In this document: piece by piece, positions 25,683-34,602 of the stretch | Layout of the letters: the number at the start of each line of letters is the position of its first letter | Position numbering within the stretch: position 1 is the stretch's first letter | IMG/VR virus record: IMGVR_UViG_3300033067_000833 | Location: 12,344-76,343 of that record | Strand: one strand, 5' to 3' | DNA: 64,000 nt | Origin: a virus | Taxonomy: Duplodnaviria > Caudoviricetes | Notes under the pieces: model-generated | Databases searched by the model: none | What the model was told of the DNA's origin: nothing | What the model saw: only the letters and a program-made list of their open reading frames with translations | Position numbers and translations under genes: made by a program

Positions 25683-25742
25683 TTGGCATCGCAATTCAGT
25701 TGTGGTAAAATGCGAACGCCCCGGTGGGTGCCGGGGCGTCCT
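25683..25742 (+). promoter_or_regulatory. Promoter TTGGCA-N17-TAAAAT plus hairpin leader of the HNH gene
   Basis: Read directly; ACGCCCCGG/CCGGGGCGT hairpin follows. Confidence 0.55.
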
Positions 25743-25771
25743 AACCACCACTATCTGGATTGGAGACAGTG

Positions 25772-26410
25772 ATGTCTGAGTCGCATTCTACTGCGCCCGT
25801 TGAGTATCGACAAGTTCCCGGTTTTCCGTTGTACCGTGTCGGTGACGATGGATCGGTCTGGAGCAAGTACAACAACAAGTGGGGCATCCGAGACGAGTGG
25901 AAGCGATTGCGTGGGTCGCGTGATCAGTACGGGTATCTCCGTGTCCATCTGCGGCCGTCAACTCCGCTTCGGTATCGTTACATCCACCACCTAGTGCTGG
26001 AACTTTTTGTTGGACCTTGCCCAGATGGATTTCAAAGTTGCCACAAGAACGACGTGAAGAACGACAATCGCCTGAGCAACTTACGATGGGGAACGCCATC
26101 GAGCAACAAGCGCGATGCGTATCGGAATGGCTGCTTGCCACGAGGCGAGCGACACGGGCACGCAAGGCTGAAAGACGATGACATTCCAGTTATCGTTAGC
26201 CTGTTCTTGTCTGGCTTGTCGCCTTACAAGATTTCAAAGAAATACGCAGTTACACAGTGCCCAATTCACGCCATCATCATTGGCAAGACATGGAAACACA
26301 TACCACGGGAGACGTTCGATGCGAGATCAAGGGAGGTTACGGGCCGGATACTTCCCGTGCCCGCCGGAAGCGATACAGGACGCACTGAAGTATCTCCGTC
26401 CGAATCCTGA
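25772..26410 (+). CDS. NUMOD4-HNH homing endonuclease
   Basis: YRVGDDGSVWS, IHHLVLELFVGPCP, CHKNDVKNDNRLSNLRWGT..N. Confidence 0.9.
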   Translation: MSESHSTAPVEYRQVPGFPLYRVGDDGSVWSKYNNKWGIRDEWKRLRGSRDQYGYLRVHLRPSTPLRYRYIHHLVLELFVGPCPDGFQSCHKNDVKNDNRLSNLRWGTPSSNKRDAYRNGCLPRGERHGHARLKDDDIPVIVSLFLSGLSPYKISKKYAVTQCPIHAIIIGKTWKHIPRETFDARSREVTGRILPVPAGSDTGRTEVSPSES

Positions 26411-27302
26411 CGCCAAAATTCTTGACCCCTGCTGCGGAGAAGGTTTCGCAATCAGGGACTTGGCGAACGGCCTGTCGGTTCCGATGGAGAACGTGTACGG
26501 AGTCGAGCTTGACGAGGGACGTGGGAACGAAGCCAGAAAGAACTTACCCGGCGCGACAATCCTCGCGCCGTGTTCGTTTCATCACACCAAGATGAGTTCT
26601 GGTGCGTTCTCATTTGCATTTACGAATAGCCCTTTCGATGACTCGCTCGATTCCGGTCGCGTTGAACTCGCGTTCTTCGCCCAGATCCCTGCCATGCTGG
26701 TCCCTGGCGGCCTGTGCCTGTTCGTCTGCCCCGAGAACGTCGCCAGCCGCTACGACTTCCGCAAGGCGTGGGCGGTGTACTTCGAGGACGTGGCGTCCTG
26801 GCCCTTCCCGGCCGGGCACCGGAAGTTCAACGAGGTCTTCATCCTGGGCCGCAAGCGGGCGACCCGTGACATGGACCCCTACGTTCCGTCGTTCTACCAG
26901 CGAAGGCCGCAAACGGACATGATTGTCCCAAGCAGCATTGGCCCGCGGGTGTTTGAAAAGACTGCCCTGACAGACCCGGAGTTGGTGGCCGCCGTCGAGT
27001 CGAGCCCGCTATACCGTTTTCTGGCCCCGCAGAAGGCCCAGGAATTGCGCAGGCCGCCGTTGGCTCTCTCGGTAGGTCATCTGGCCCTGCTGCTGTCCTC
27101 GGGGCAGCTAGACGGCCTGGTGACGGCACCGAATGGGCAGCGTCACGTCGTCCGTGGGACGGCACGGAAGCACGAGGAACTGACGGAGGAAACCACGGAA
27201 TCGGACAAGAATGTCACCAAGACAACAAAGGTGTTCACGGAAAGAATCAAGCTGCTGGTACGAGCGGTGACGCAGGACGGACTCATTCACACTTTGGAGT
27301 AG
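26319..27302 (+). CDS. DUF6094-like class I SAM methyltransferase
   Basis: GYFPCP, ILDPCCGEG, GVELD, TNSPF. Confidence 0.8.
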   Translation: MRDQGRLRAGYFPCPPEAIQDALKYLRPNPDAKILDPCCGEGFAIRDLANGLSVPMENVYGVELDEGRGNEARKNLPGATILAPCSFHHTKMSSGAFSFAFTNSPFDDSLDSGRVELAFFAQIPAMLVPGGLCLFVCPENVASRYDFRKAWAVYFEDVASWPFPAGHRKFNEVFILGRKRATRDMDPYVPSFYQRRPQTDMIVPSSIGPRVFEKTALTDPELVAAVESSPLYRFLAPQKAQELRRPPLALSVGHLALLLSSGQLDGLVTAPNGQRHVVRGTARKHEELTEETTESDKNVTKTTKVFTERIKLLVRAVTQDGLIHTLE

Positions 27303-27303
27303 A

Positions 27304-27533
27304 TGATCATGTTCAACATCGACAGTTTCAAGATCCTGGTCCATACCGCGCATCACCCGCAGTTGGACAAGGGAGATCGCTGGCACGACATTGGCGAAGG
27401 CCCGTTCGAGAGCCAGCAAGAGGCGACCGACTACGCCAACGCGGAGGTCGGCTTGCCGTGGATCGTGGTTGACGGCGCCGGGCACCCGGTGGCCTACGGT
27501 GACGCCTTTGGACTACAGGGGGACAACACATGA
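27304..27533 (+). CDS. Hypothetical protein
   Basis: In operon. Confidence 0.55.
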
Positions 27534-27751
27534 CCAAGCAGAAAACCAAAGACGCCCTGATTGGGCGAACGATCAAGGACGTTCAGTTCGTGACGACAAC
27601 AGCCGGCAAGGTGCCGTGCCTGTACCTCGACGACGGGACGCAAGTGTACGTGCTGTCGGACACGGAAGGCAATGAAGCTGGATGCCTTCACGTCTACGGA
27701 AAGACAAGAAACGCCAAACTGATTGGAGGCCGTTCATGCTTAGGATTCTGA
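27530..27751 (+). CDS. Hypothetical protein
   Basis: LYLDDGT.VYVLSDTEGNEAG; ATGA coupling. Confidence 0.6.
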   Translation: MTKQKTKDALIGRTIKDVQFVTTTAGKVPCLYLDDGTQVYVLSDTEGNEAGCLHVYGKTRNAKLIGGRSCLGF

Positions 27752-28590
27752 ACTTTGGGGCAGGCGTGCAATCGTCTTGCATCCTGCTCCGGTCCTGCCT
27801 CGGGGAACTCCCGAAGCTCGACCACGCTATCTTCGCGGACACCGGGGACGAACCATCCTACGTGTACGAATGGATGACAACGGCCAAACTGATCGCAGCA
27901 GATTACGGCATCCCGGTTCACGTTGTGGGACGCGGACACTCGCTGTCGGACCATCTGCGTGAGCGGATACCGGCAGGCCGGAGACTCGACAAGATCCCGG
28001 CGTTCTGCCAGACAGGATCTTCCCCTGGGCCGCTGATGCGTGACTGCACCCGCGAGTACAAGATCAAGTGCATCGACCGGCATGTCAAGACGCTGCTCGG
28101 ATTGACCAAGGGAGCGCGCTGGCCAAAGCAGCTGGAGGTCGAGACGTGGATCGGCATCAGCAGCGACGAGTACAAGCGGATGAAGTCGTCTCCGTTCATC
28201 TGGCAGCGGTTCTGGCACCCGCTGATCGAGAAGCCGTGGGACGGAGAAGTGCGTCCAGGATGGCTTGACTCTACATGGGACAGAGAAAGGTGCATCAACT
28301 GGCTGAACCGGAGAGGGTTCACCGGAATCGGCCGCTCGGCTTGCACGTTCTGTCCGTTCCGCTCCAACAAGGAGTGGAAGTATCTCAAGGCCAACGACCC
28401 GGAAGGATTCGCCAAGGCGTGCGACGTGGATGAGCTTCTGCGGAGTGGTCCTGATGGTGTGATTCACGGAATGCGGAAGCCACTGTATGTGCATCGAAGC
28501 ATGAAGCCGTTGCGAGATGAACCGTTCGGGGATCGCAGCGGTCAGATGGACCTTTGGGACGACGAATGCGCTGGAGTTTGTGGAGTATAA
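27736..28590 (+). CDS. PAPS reductase / PP-loop family protein with Fe-S-type cysteines
   Basis: NFGAGVQSS, FADTG, CTREYKI, WIGIS.DE, SACTFCPF, ECAGVCGV. Confidence 0.75.
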   Translation: MLRILNFGAGVQSSCILLRSCLGELPKLDHAIFADTGDEPSYVYEWMTTAKLIAADYGIPVHVVGRGHSLSDHLRERIPAGRRLDKIPAFCQTGSSPGPLMRDCTREYKIKCIDRHVKTLLGLTKGARWPKQLEVETWIGISSDEYKRMKSSPFIWQRFWHPLIEKPWDGEVRPGWLDSTWDRERCINWLNRRGFTGIGRSACTFCPFRSNKEWKYLKANDPEGFAKACDVDELLRSGPDGVIHGMRKPLYVHRSMKPLRDEPFGDRSGQMDLWDDECAGVCGV

Positions 28591-28594
28591 CACG

Positions 28595-29167
28595 ATGACC
28601 AACAACATCCGCATGATGCTGAAGTGCTGTACGAAGATCCCGTCCGCCGCTGACGCCCGCCAGCTGGCCCGCGACTACCGTGCCGGGGACCAGTCCGCCA
28701 GGGACAAGCTGATCACCGGGAATCTACCCCTGGTGGTCAAGATGGTCCAAGCGTTCCGAGTGCCGCTGCAAATGCACGACGACGCCTTCTCCGAGGGCGT
28801 GCTGGGGCTGATGCGGGCGGTCGAGGACTACGACCCGGACCATGAGAGCGGGGCGTGCTTCTGCACGCTGGCCCGCTATTGGGTGATGCAGAAGGTCCAG
28901 CGGTTCATGCGCTCCTCCGTGAATCGGTGGCAGCATGAGACGGCCATCGGCGTCGATCTGCGCATCGAGATCGAGCATAACTTCACGACCGACGTGGACA
29001 CGGCGCCGCTGCTGGCGAAGCTGACCAGCAAGGAGCGCAAGACACTGGAGCAGATCACGCTTAACGCCACGCTGGTTTCGATTGCCGACGAAATGCAGCT
29101 GAGCAAGGAGCGTGTTCGGCAGATCCGCAACCGGGCAATCGAAAAACTCAGGGAGATGGTGCGATGA
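28595..29167 (+). CDS. Sigma-70 family RNA polymerase sigma factor
   Basis: Region 2 NLPLVVK...EGVLGLMRAVEDYDP; region 4 LSKERVRQIRNRAIEKLR. Confidence 0.9.
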   Translation: MTNNIRMMLKCCTKIPSAADARQLARDYRAGDQSARDKLITGNLPLVVKMVQAFRVPLQMHDDAFSEGVLGLMRAVEDYDPDHESGACFCTLARYWVMQKVQRFMRSSVNRWQHETAIGVDLRIEIEHNFTTDVDTAPLLAKLTSKERKTLEQITLNATLVSIADEMQLSKERVRQIRNRAIEKLREMVR

Positions 29168-29490
29168 CGTGGATGAAAGAGAAACCGATTGATCCGAGCA
29201 AGTTGCATATCGGATGTTTGAATTGCTCGACTGCGTGCCTTCAGGCTCCGATGGACCTAGACATCTCAGTTGGATTTGGTTCGTCATATCTGACTCGCGA
29301 TGGAGAACTTGTGCTCGATGGCGAGCACGACAATCGGCCCGTCACAGTGAAACGGTGCGAACGGTTAGCGTCGAAAGACCCAGACCATGATTGGCGCATC
29401 ACTCGTCACGGTCCAATGCACGGTGAGACGTTCCAGCGGCACGGGGTGAAGCAGTGGGTGTGCATCGAAAGTAATGAGGGATTCGCATGA
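29164..29490 (+). CDS. Hypothetical protein (AT-richer)
   Basis: ATGA coupling on both sides. Confidence 0.6.
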   Translation: MTWMKEKPIDPSKLHIGCLNCSTACLQAPMDLDISVGFGSSYLTRDGELVLDGEHDNRPVTVKRCERLASKDPDHDWRITRHGPMHGETFQRHGVKQWVCIESNEGFA

Positions 29491-30017
29491 CGACCACCTT
29501 CCTCCCCTGCCGCGTGTCCGGCAAGAACCTGAGCATCATGGTCCGGGCCAACATGGCGGCCGGTGTCAGCAACGTCCTGTACGCCCTGTCGTGCGTCGGG
29601 CCGGGGCAGAGCATCCGAGCCGTGGCCGCCGCCATGCGTGCCGGGGACCGGGCCACCTTCGAGATCCCGCTGTCCACGCAGAGCTACTACCACGGGGACG
29701 GCAAGTTCTTCGTCCGGTACGCACGGCTGGCCTACGACCACTGGCATCTGCTGGGAGTGGCCGACAACCCGGCGTTCATCCTGAACTGCACGGACGAGAC
29801 GCTGTGGCGGCTGCTGCGCTCGGACAAGTACACCACGCCGCTGCTGAAGTCATGGACGCCGGCCATCCGCCAAGCGCTGGTGGAGGTCGGCGGATTGAGG
29901 CAAGTACGGGACGCACACGCTTGCGACCCGTGGTTCTGTTACGCGACCGACGAAACGCTCGACGCCATCGTGGCGGCCGGGGTATCGTCGGGGAAACTCA
30001 AGATGGAGGATTCGTAA
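29487..30017 (+). CDS. Conserved hypothetical protein (LW...TTPLL..W motif)
   Basis: Motif seen beside DUF6094 methylase/helicase modules (recollection, unverified). Confidence 0.6.
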   Translation: MTTTFLPCRVSGKNLSIMVRANMAAGVSNVLYALSCVGPGQSIRAVAAAMRAGDRATFEIPLSTQSYYHGDGKFFVRYARLAYDHWHLLGVADNPAFILNCTDETLWRLLRSDKYTTPLLKSWTPAIRQALVEVGGLRQVRDAHACDPWFCYATDETLDAIVAAGVSSGKLKMEDS

Positions 30018-30018
30018 G

Positions 30019-30288
30019 ATGGCCTGCCCAGTTTGCGACCACACGATGCAGAACCTCGGACTCGGGACTCGCACCGTGTTCTGGTGTCCCAACTGCGGGA
30101 CGCTGAAAACGAGGTCAGGGGAGCATGAGGAATCGGAAGCGACTGCGATCATGCGTCACGTTGTTCGTGAGGCCAAGATCGGTGGCGTTCCCGGCCTCTT
30201 CTACCAGTCTATCGTGAAGTGTTTGTTCAAAGTCGAGAAGGCCGGAAGCGGGCCTCTCAAAGTTTCTATCCTGGAGATCAAGAAATGA
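30019..30288 (+). CDS. Zn-ribbon protein
   Basis: CPVC...WCPNCG. Confidence 0.6.
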   Translation: MACPVCDHTMQNLGLGTRTVFWCPNCGTLKTRSGEHEESEATAIMRHVVREAKIGGVPGLFYQSIVKCLFKVEKAGSGPLKVSILEIKK

Positions 30289-30545
30289 CCAGAGACCCCG
30301 CCTTTATCCTCGCCAATCTGGTGAACCAGCGGCAAGCAGCCAACTACGGCAGCATCATCGAGATCCTGGTTTCCAGGGGCATCGTGACGCTGGAAGAAGT
30401 CCGCCGGGCCAGGCTCCGCGCCGAGGCCGCCGTGGACCAAGTGACCGCCGGGGACAATGAAGGGCTCGCCCAGAGCGAGGAAGGTGCGATGCTGCTCGAA
30501 CTGATGGGGAAGGGGGGCGACGATGACGTTTCCGACGAATCTTGA
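30285..30545 (+). CDS. Hypothetical protein
   Basis: Coupled ORF. Confidence 0.55.
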   Translation: MTRDPAFILANLVNQRQAANYGSIIEILVSRGIVTLEEVRRARLRAEAAVDQVTAGDNEGLAQSEEGAMLLELMGKGGDDDVSDES

Positions 30546-32631
30546 CCAGTACATGGACCAGTACGCGACGCTGCTAGCCCAGCAGGCCCAGCAGCGGTCC
30601 AAGCCCCTGCACACGCCCGGTAAGGACGCTCCGGTCGATCTGTCGCACCTATTGCGGAAGCCACTGGAGGCCCAGCAGCACGTCATCACGGCGATCTGCA
30701 AGGCGTGGGAGCGCGAGAAGGGGATCATGGTCAGCGGGGAAATGGGATGTGGAAAATCGTACATGGCAATCGCCGCAGCGGACTACTTTGGACGCCACGA
30801 ATACCGGGCGATTGTCATGGTCCCGCCGCACCTCACGACCAAATGGGAAAGAGAAATCCGCTGCACGCTTCCAAAGGTGGATGTGTATCAGATCCGCTCG
30901 TACCGGGACGTGGCGAACCTGAACCCGCTGTACAAGTCCGTGGGGCCGGAGTGGTACATCGTCTCCCAGACCAGGGCGAAGCTCGGCACGTCATGGGCGC
31001 CAGTCCTGAAACGCGGGCACTGGCTGAATGGGAAGAAGTACGGGTTCTACGTTTGCCCAGATTGCCAGACGCCCATCGAAGTGAAACAGCGGGACGGAAC
31101 CATGCTGCCGGCCGGGCCGGATGACCTGAAGAAGGACAAGCTGTCCTGCGAATCCTGCGGCGCCGCGCTCTGGCAGTGGACCAACGAGTTTGATCGCTGG
31201 CCGGTGGCGGATTATATCCACAAGAAGCTGAACGGGTACTTCGACTTCCTGATCGTGGATGAAAGTCACCAAGCGAAGTCCGCGGAGTCGGCACACGGAA
31301 ACGCGGTCGGAGCGCTCGCCGCTTCGTGCAAGCGTGTTCTCTGCGCAACGGGAACGACCTTCGGGGGCTATGCGTGGCATCTAAAGCCGACGCTGTTTCG
31401 CGTGTCTCCCAATACCATCGTCTCCGAGGGATTCACCTGGGAGGGCGATACCGCGTGGAACGAAGCCTATAGCCGGATCGAAACGAAGGTAGTCGAGTCC
31501 GAGAAGAAAGGCGGACACCGCGATTACAACGGCAACTGGAACTCGTACTCGATGGGCAAGACCGCCCGCAAGAGCAAGAGCGTCAAACCTGGCGTCATGC
31601 CAACCCTGTTCGGCCGCCACATGATCGGCAACACGGTGTTCCTGTCGCTGGATGAGGTCGCCGAAAACCTGCCGACCCTGGATGAATCCGTGGTCGAGGT
31701 CGCAATGGACTCCGAGCAGCGCGCGGCCTACAGCGAGACCGAGCACGCCCTGCGGGACGCCATCAAGACGATGCTCGCCAAGGGGGACAAGCGGCTGCTG
31801 TCTCGGATGCTGAACACGCTGCTTGGGTACTGCGATCATCCGTGGGGCTGGGGCGAGATCGGGTACTATGAACGGGACGATGGGTGCGGCGGAGGACAGC
31901 GATGGCAGCACGTTGTCACACCAGAGGAGCTTGACCCAAAGGTGATCCGACCGAAGGAGCAGGCCCTGATCGACTTCTGCAAGGCCGAGCGCGAGGAAGG
32001 CCGCAAGGTCTGGATTTACTCCGTGATGACTGACAAGCGTGACGTGGTGGGCCGCGTCTCGGACGTGCTGGCAAAGGCCGGACTCCGGGTGGCGACACTC
32101 CGGTCCTCGGTCGAGACCACCAAGCGGGAAGCGTGGATGGCGGAGCACTGCCCCGGCGCCGACGCCATCGTGAGCCATCCGCAGCTGGTCGAGACCGGAC
32201 TCGACTTCTTCGACCGGGAGAAGACGTACAACGTGGCCTCGGTGGTGTTCTACCAAACAGGTTACGCCCTGTTCACGCTGCGACAGGCGGCTCGCCGGGC
32301 GTGGCGAATCGGGCAGGATCAGGAGTGCCGCGTCCGGTACTTCTACTACCAGGACACCATGCAGGCTCGGGCCATGACGCTGATGGGCAAGAAGCTCTCA
32401 GCCTCACAGTCGATGGAAGGCAAGTTCAGCATGGAAGGGCTGGCTGCCCTGGCCGGGGACGAGGGCTCGATCGAAACGGCGATGGCACGGAGCCTCGTCA
32501 CGTCGCTCGGTGAAGACCTCGACGTGGGCCGGGCGTGGCGTAAGGTGGGGCAGAAACGGGAACGAAAGCTGAACGCCGTCGAACAACGGTTCATGGCGGC
32601 GATGAAGCGGAAACAGATGGTGCTGTTTTGA
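30523..32631 (+). CDS. SF2 (SNF2-like) helicase with a Zn-ribbon insertion
   Basis: GEMGCGKS, IVDESH, ATGT, QAARRAWRIGQ. Confidence 0.85.
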   Translation: MTFPTNLDQYMDQYATLLAQQAQQRSKPLHTPGKDAPVDLSHLLRKPLEAQQHVITAICKAWEREKGIMVSGEMGCGKSYMAIAAADYFGRHEYRAIVMVPPHLTTKWEREIRCTLPKVDVYQIRSYRDVANLNPLYKSVGPEWYIVSQTRAKLGTSWAPVLKRGHWLNGKKYGFYVCPDCQTPIEVKQRDGTMLPAGPDDLKKDKLSCESCGAALWQWTNEFDRWPVADYIHKKLNGYFDFLIVDESHQAKSAESAHGNAVGALAASCKRVLCATGTTFGGYAWHLKPTLFRVSPNTIVSEGFTWEGDTAWNEAYSRIETKVVESEKKGGHRDYNGNWNSYSMGKTARKSKSVKPGVMPTLFGRHMIGNTVFLSLDEVAENLPTLDESVVEVAMDSEQRAAYSETEHALRDAIKTMLAKGDKRLLSRMLNTLLGYCDHPWGWGEIGYYERDDGCGGGQRWQHVVTPEELDPKVIRPKEQALIDFCKAEREEGRKVWIYSVMTDKRDVVGRVSDVLAKAGLRVATLRSSVETTKREAWMAEHCPGADAIVSHPQLVETGLDFFDREKTYNVASVVFYQTGYALFTLRQAARRAWRIGQDQECRVRYFYYQDTMQARAMTLMGKKLSASQSMEGKFSMEGLAALAGDEGSIETAMARSLVTSLGEDLDVGRAWRKVGQKRERKLNAVEQRFMAAMKRKQMVLF

Positions 32632-32942
32632 ATTGGTGGAACGACGCATCTCAAAGAGCAGCCGCTAGGTATTACAGACAATACATCCTAGATTTCGAAC
32701 AGAGCGTCAAACCGCATATCCGAGAATCATGGCTCAATGACAGAGGCAGGCATGCAGTCGCAAAAACATTGCACGCCAAGGCGTTTGTTGATGTTCACAA
32801 AGGAAAGGGAGTGATGTTTGCGTTCGCGATGATAATGCTGGATGATCCGTCTCTGGCAGCTTCATTCGCCAACGAGGCATCGTCGTACTGTGAACTGTTC
32901 GATAGTTGCAAGGCAGCGTTGATCTTGAAAGGAGACTTCTGA
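32628..32942 (+). CDS. AT-rich hypothetical protein (moron-like)
   Basis: Composition differs from its flanks. Confidence 0.5.
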   Translation: MNWWNDASQRAAARYYRQYILDFEQSVKPHIRESWLNDRGRHAVAKTLHAKAFVDVHKGKGVMFAFAMIMLDDPSLAASFANEASSYCELFDSCKAALILKGDF

Positions 32943-32949
32943 CAAGAAA

Positions 32950-32984
32950 CAAAAATGCCCCGGTGGCGTCCGAACCACCGGGGC
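32950..32984 (-). terminator. Terminator at the convergence point
   Basis: GCCCCGGTGG/CCACCGGGGC 10-bp stem with a U tract on the minus strand. Confidence 0.7.
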
Positions 32985-33011
32985 GGATGAAACAGCCGGA
33001 ATGAATCCGTC

Positions 33012-33473
33012 CTACTCCTCGTCGTCTCCTTCCATGTCGGCGTCGTCACCGTCGTCGGCGTCCTGCTCTCCCTTCGACTTCCGGCCGCGTTTTCCCTCGG
33101 GCAACTCGTCGATCTTCGTCACGATCAGCTTGCCGGCCTTGTTGGCGAAGTGGCTGAACTCGCCGTCGTCCAAGTCCACGGCCATGACGTTCAGCGTCAC
33201 GCTGTACGCCTTCCGCTTGACGCCAATGCCCTTGCACTCGAACACCAGCGTCATGTCCGGCTTTACGTCGTCCATGCCGGGCAGCGGCTTCTGATCCGCG
33301 TCCCCGCCTCCGGTCGCCACGATGCGACACTTCAACCGGCGCGCCACAAATAACTCGATCGCCGCCTCTGGCAAGATCGCGTCACGGGCAATACTGACGC
33401 CGACGCTGGCGACTTCACCGCCGAACGAAACCTTGCCGAACTTCACTCCCAGATTCGCTAACTGCTTGGCCAT
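33012..33473 (-). CDS. Hypothetical protein with an acidic tail
   Basis: GGAGG RBS. Confidence 0.65.
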   Translation of the reverse strand: MAKQLANLGVKFGKVSFGGEVASVGVSIARDAILPEAAIELFVARRLKCRIVATGGGDADQKPLPGMDDVKPDMTLVFECKGIGVKRKAYSVTLNVMAVDLDDGEFSHFANKAGKLIVTKIDELPEGKRGRKSKGEQDADDGDDADMEGDDEE

Positions 33474-33479
33474 CTCTGG

Positions 33480-33971
33480 CTACCTCCTATAGTCGAGCAC
33501 AATCCTAACATGTGGCTGCTCCAACTCTGAAGCAATCCACTTCTCAGCTTTTCCGGCGAAAATCTGCCCGTCGTCAACCCAGAGAAGCCCGTTTAAGCAA
33601 TCCTGCACCGACTTCATCAGGTTATCCCGATCGTTTCGTGCAACAGCGTGCGGTATTCGCATACCCTCTTTCCATTCATCCCACCAGCAAGACCCCTTCT
33701 TCAGCCAAGCCGGCTTCGTTCTCGGAAGCACGAAGATCATGTCCACCGTCAGCGGTCCAGTCAACGGCGGGCCGCTGTACGCTGCCGCTGCCGCCATGCG
33801 GACGCTGGCCTTGAATGCGTTCACCGGGTCACGGGCAGGAGTGTAGTTCGTGGCGAACGCCTTGCCGCCTTTGCCTTGGATCACACGATGTCGCTGCCGT
33901 GGCTGGGCAACCGGTACCGCATTGACGATGAACTCGATCATCTTCGCTGGCTCCGTGCGTAAGCAGTCCAT
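33480..33971 (-). CDS. rusA: RusA-like Holliday junction resolvase
   Basis: PVAQPRQR, DRDNLMKSVQDCLNG..WVDDGQI. Confidence 0.85.
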   Translation of the reverse strand: MDCLRTEPAKMIEFIVNAVPVAQPRQRHRVIQGKGGKAFATNYTPARDPVNAFKASVRMAAAAAYSGPPLTGPLTVDMIFVLPRTKPAWLKKGSCWWDEWKEGMRIPHAVARNDRDNLMKSVQDCLNGLLWVDDGQIFAGKAEKWIASELEQPHVRIVLDYRR

Positions 33972-34020
33972 AATACCAAGGCAGAAAAAACATACCCAGC
34001 GACGAACGCAGCAATGATGC

Positions 34021-34353
34021 TCACGTGAGTCTCCTGCATTCCGCCAAGATCGCGTTGAGCGTGCCGTTTACGAACCCGATGTACTGGGCCTGAGCCATGC
34101 ACGCGGCCGTCACGTTCGTCCCGCCAACGTCGAGCGTTTGCTCCGGGAGCGTTCGCTCGAACTCCGCCTTTGCCTCAAGGCACTGGGCGATGATCGCCTG
34201 CACGGCGTCTTTCTGTTCGCTTCTCACTGGGGCCTCCTCAAACCTTGCCTCCAACATCACCAGATCCTCAGCGGCCATGCACGCCTCCGCGGCGTCCTGA
34301 CCAAGTTCCTGTGGAGTCCGCGGAGGATAGCCGAACGGTGTGGCGTGGATCAC
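34021..34353 (-). CDS. Hypothetical protein
   Basis: In operon. Confidence 0.55.
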   Translation of the reverse strand: MIHATPFGYPPRTPQELGQDAAEACMAAEDLVMLEARFEEAPVRSEQKDAVQAIIAQCLEAKAEFERTLPEQTLDVGGTNVTAACMAQAQYIGFVNGTLNAILAECRRLT

Positions 34354-34356
34354 GGT

Positions 34357-34596
34357 TCACTCGCTGTCGCTGCTGGTGTCCTGTTGCTGGCCCTTCTTTT
34401 TTCTCGGCGCCCGGCGTGGCTTCTTCTCGGTCTTCACGCCTGCGATCTGACGGGCCTCGCGCATTCTCCCAAGGTGAATCTCGGCTGCCAAGACGGCGGC
34501 ATTGAAGTCTCCGCCGAACTTCGCTTTGACTTCCTTGAATGCTTCAATCATCTCGTCGATCACTGGCAACTGCACTTCCTGTTGTTCTTCGCTCAT
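34357..34596 (-). CDS. Hypothetical protein with a basic tail
   Basis: In operon. Confidence 0.55.
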   Translation of the reverse strand: MSEEQQEVQLPVIDEMIEAFKEVKAKFGGDFNAAVLAAEIHLGRMREARQIAGVKTEKKPRRAPRKKKGQQQDTSSDSE

Positions 34597-34602
34597 TCGT
34601 CA

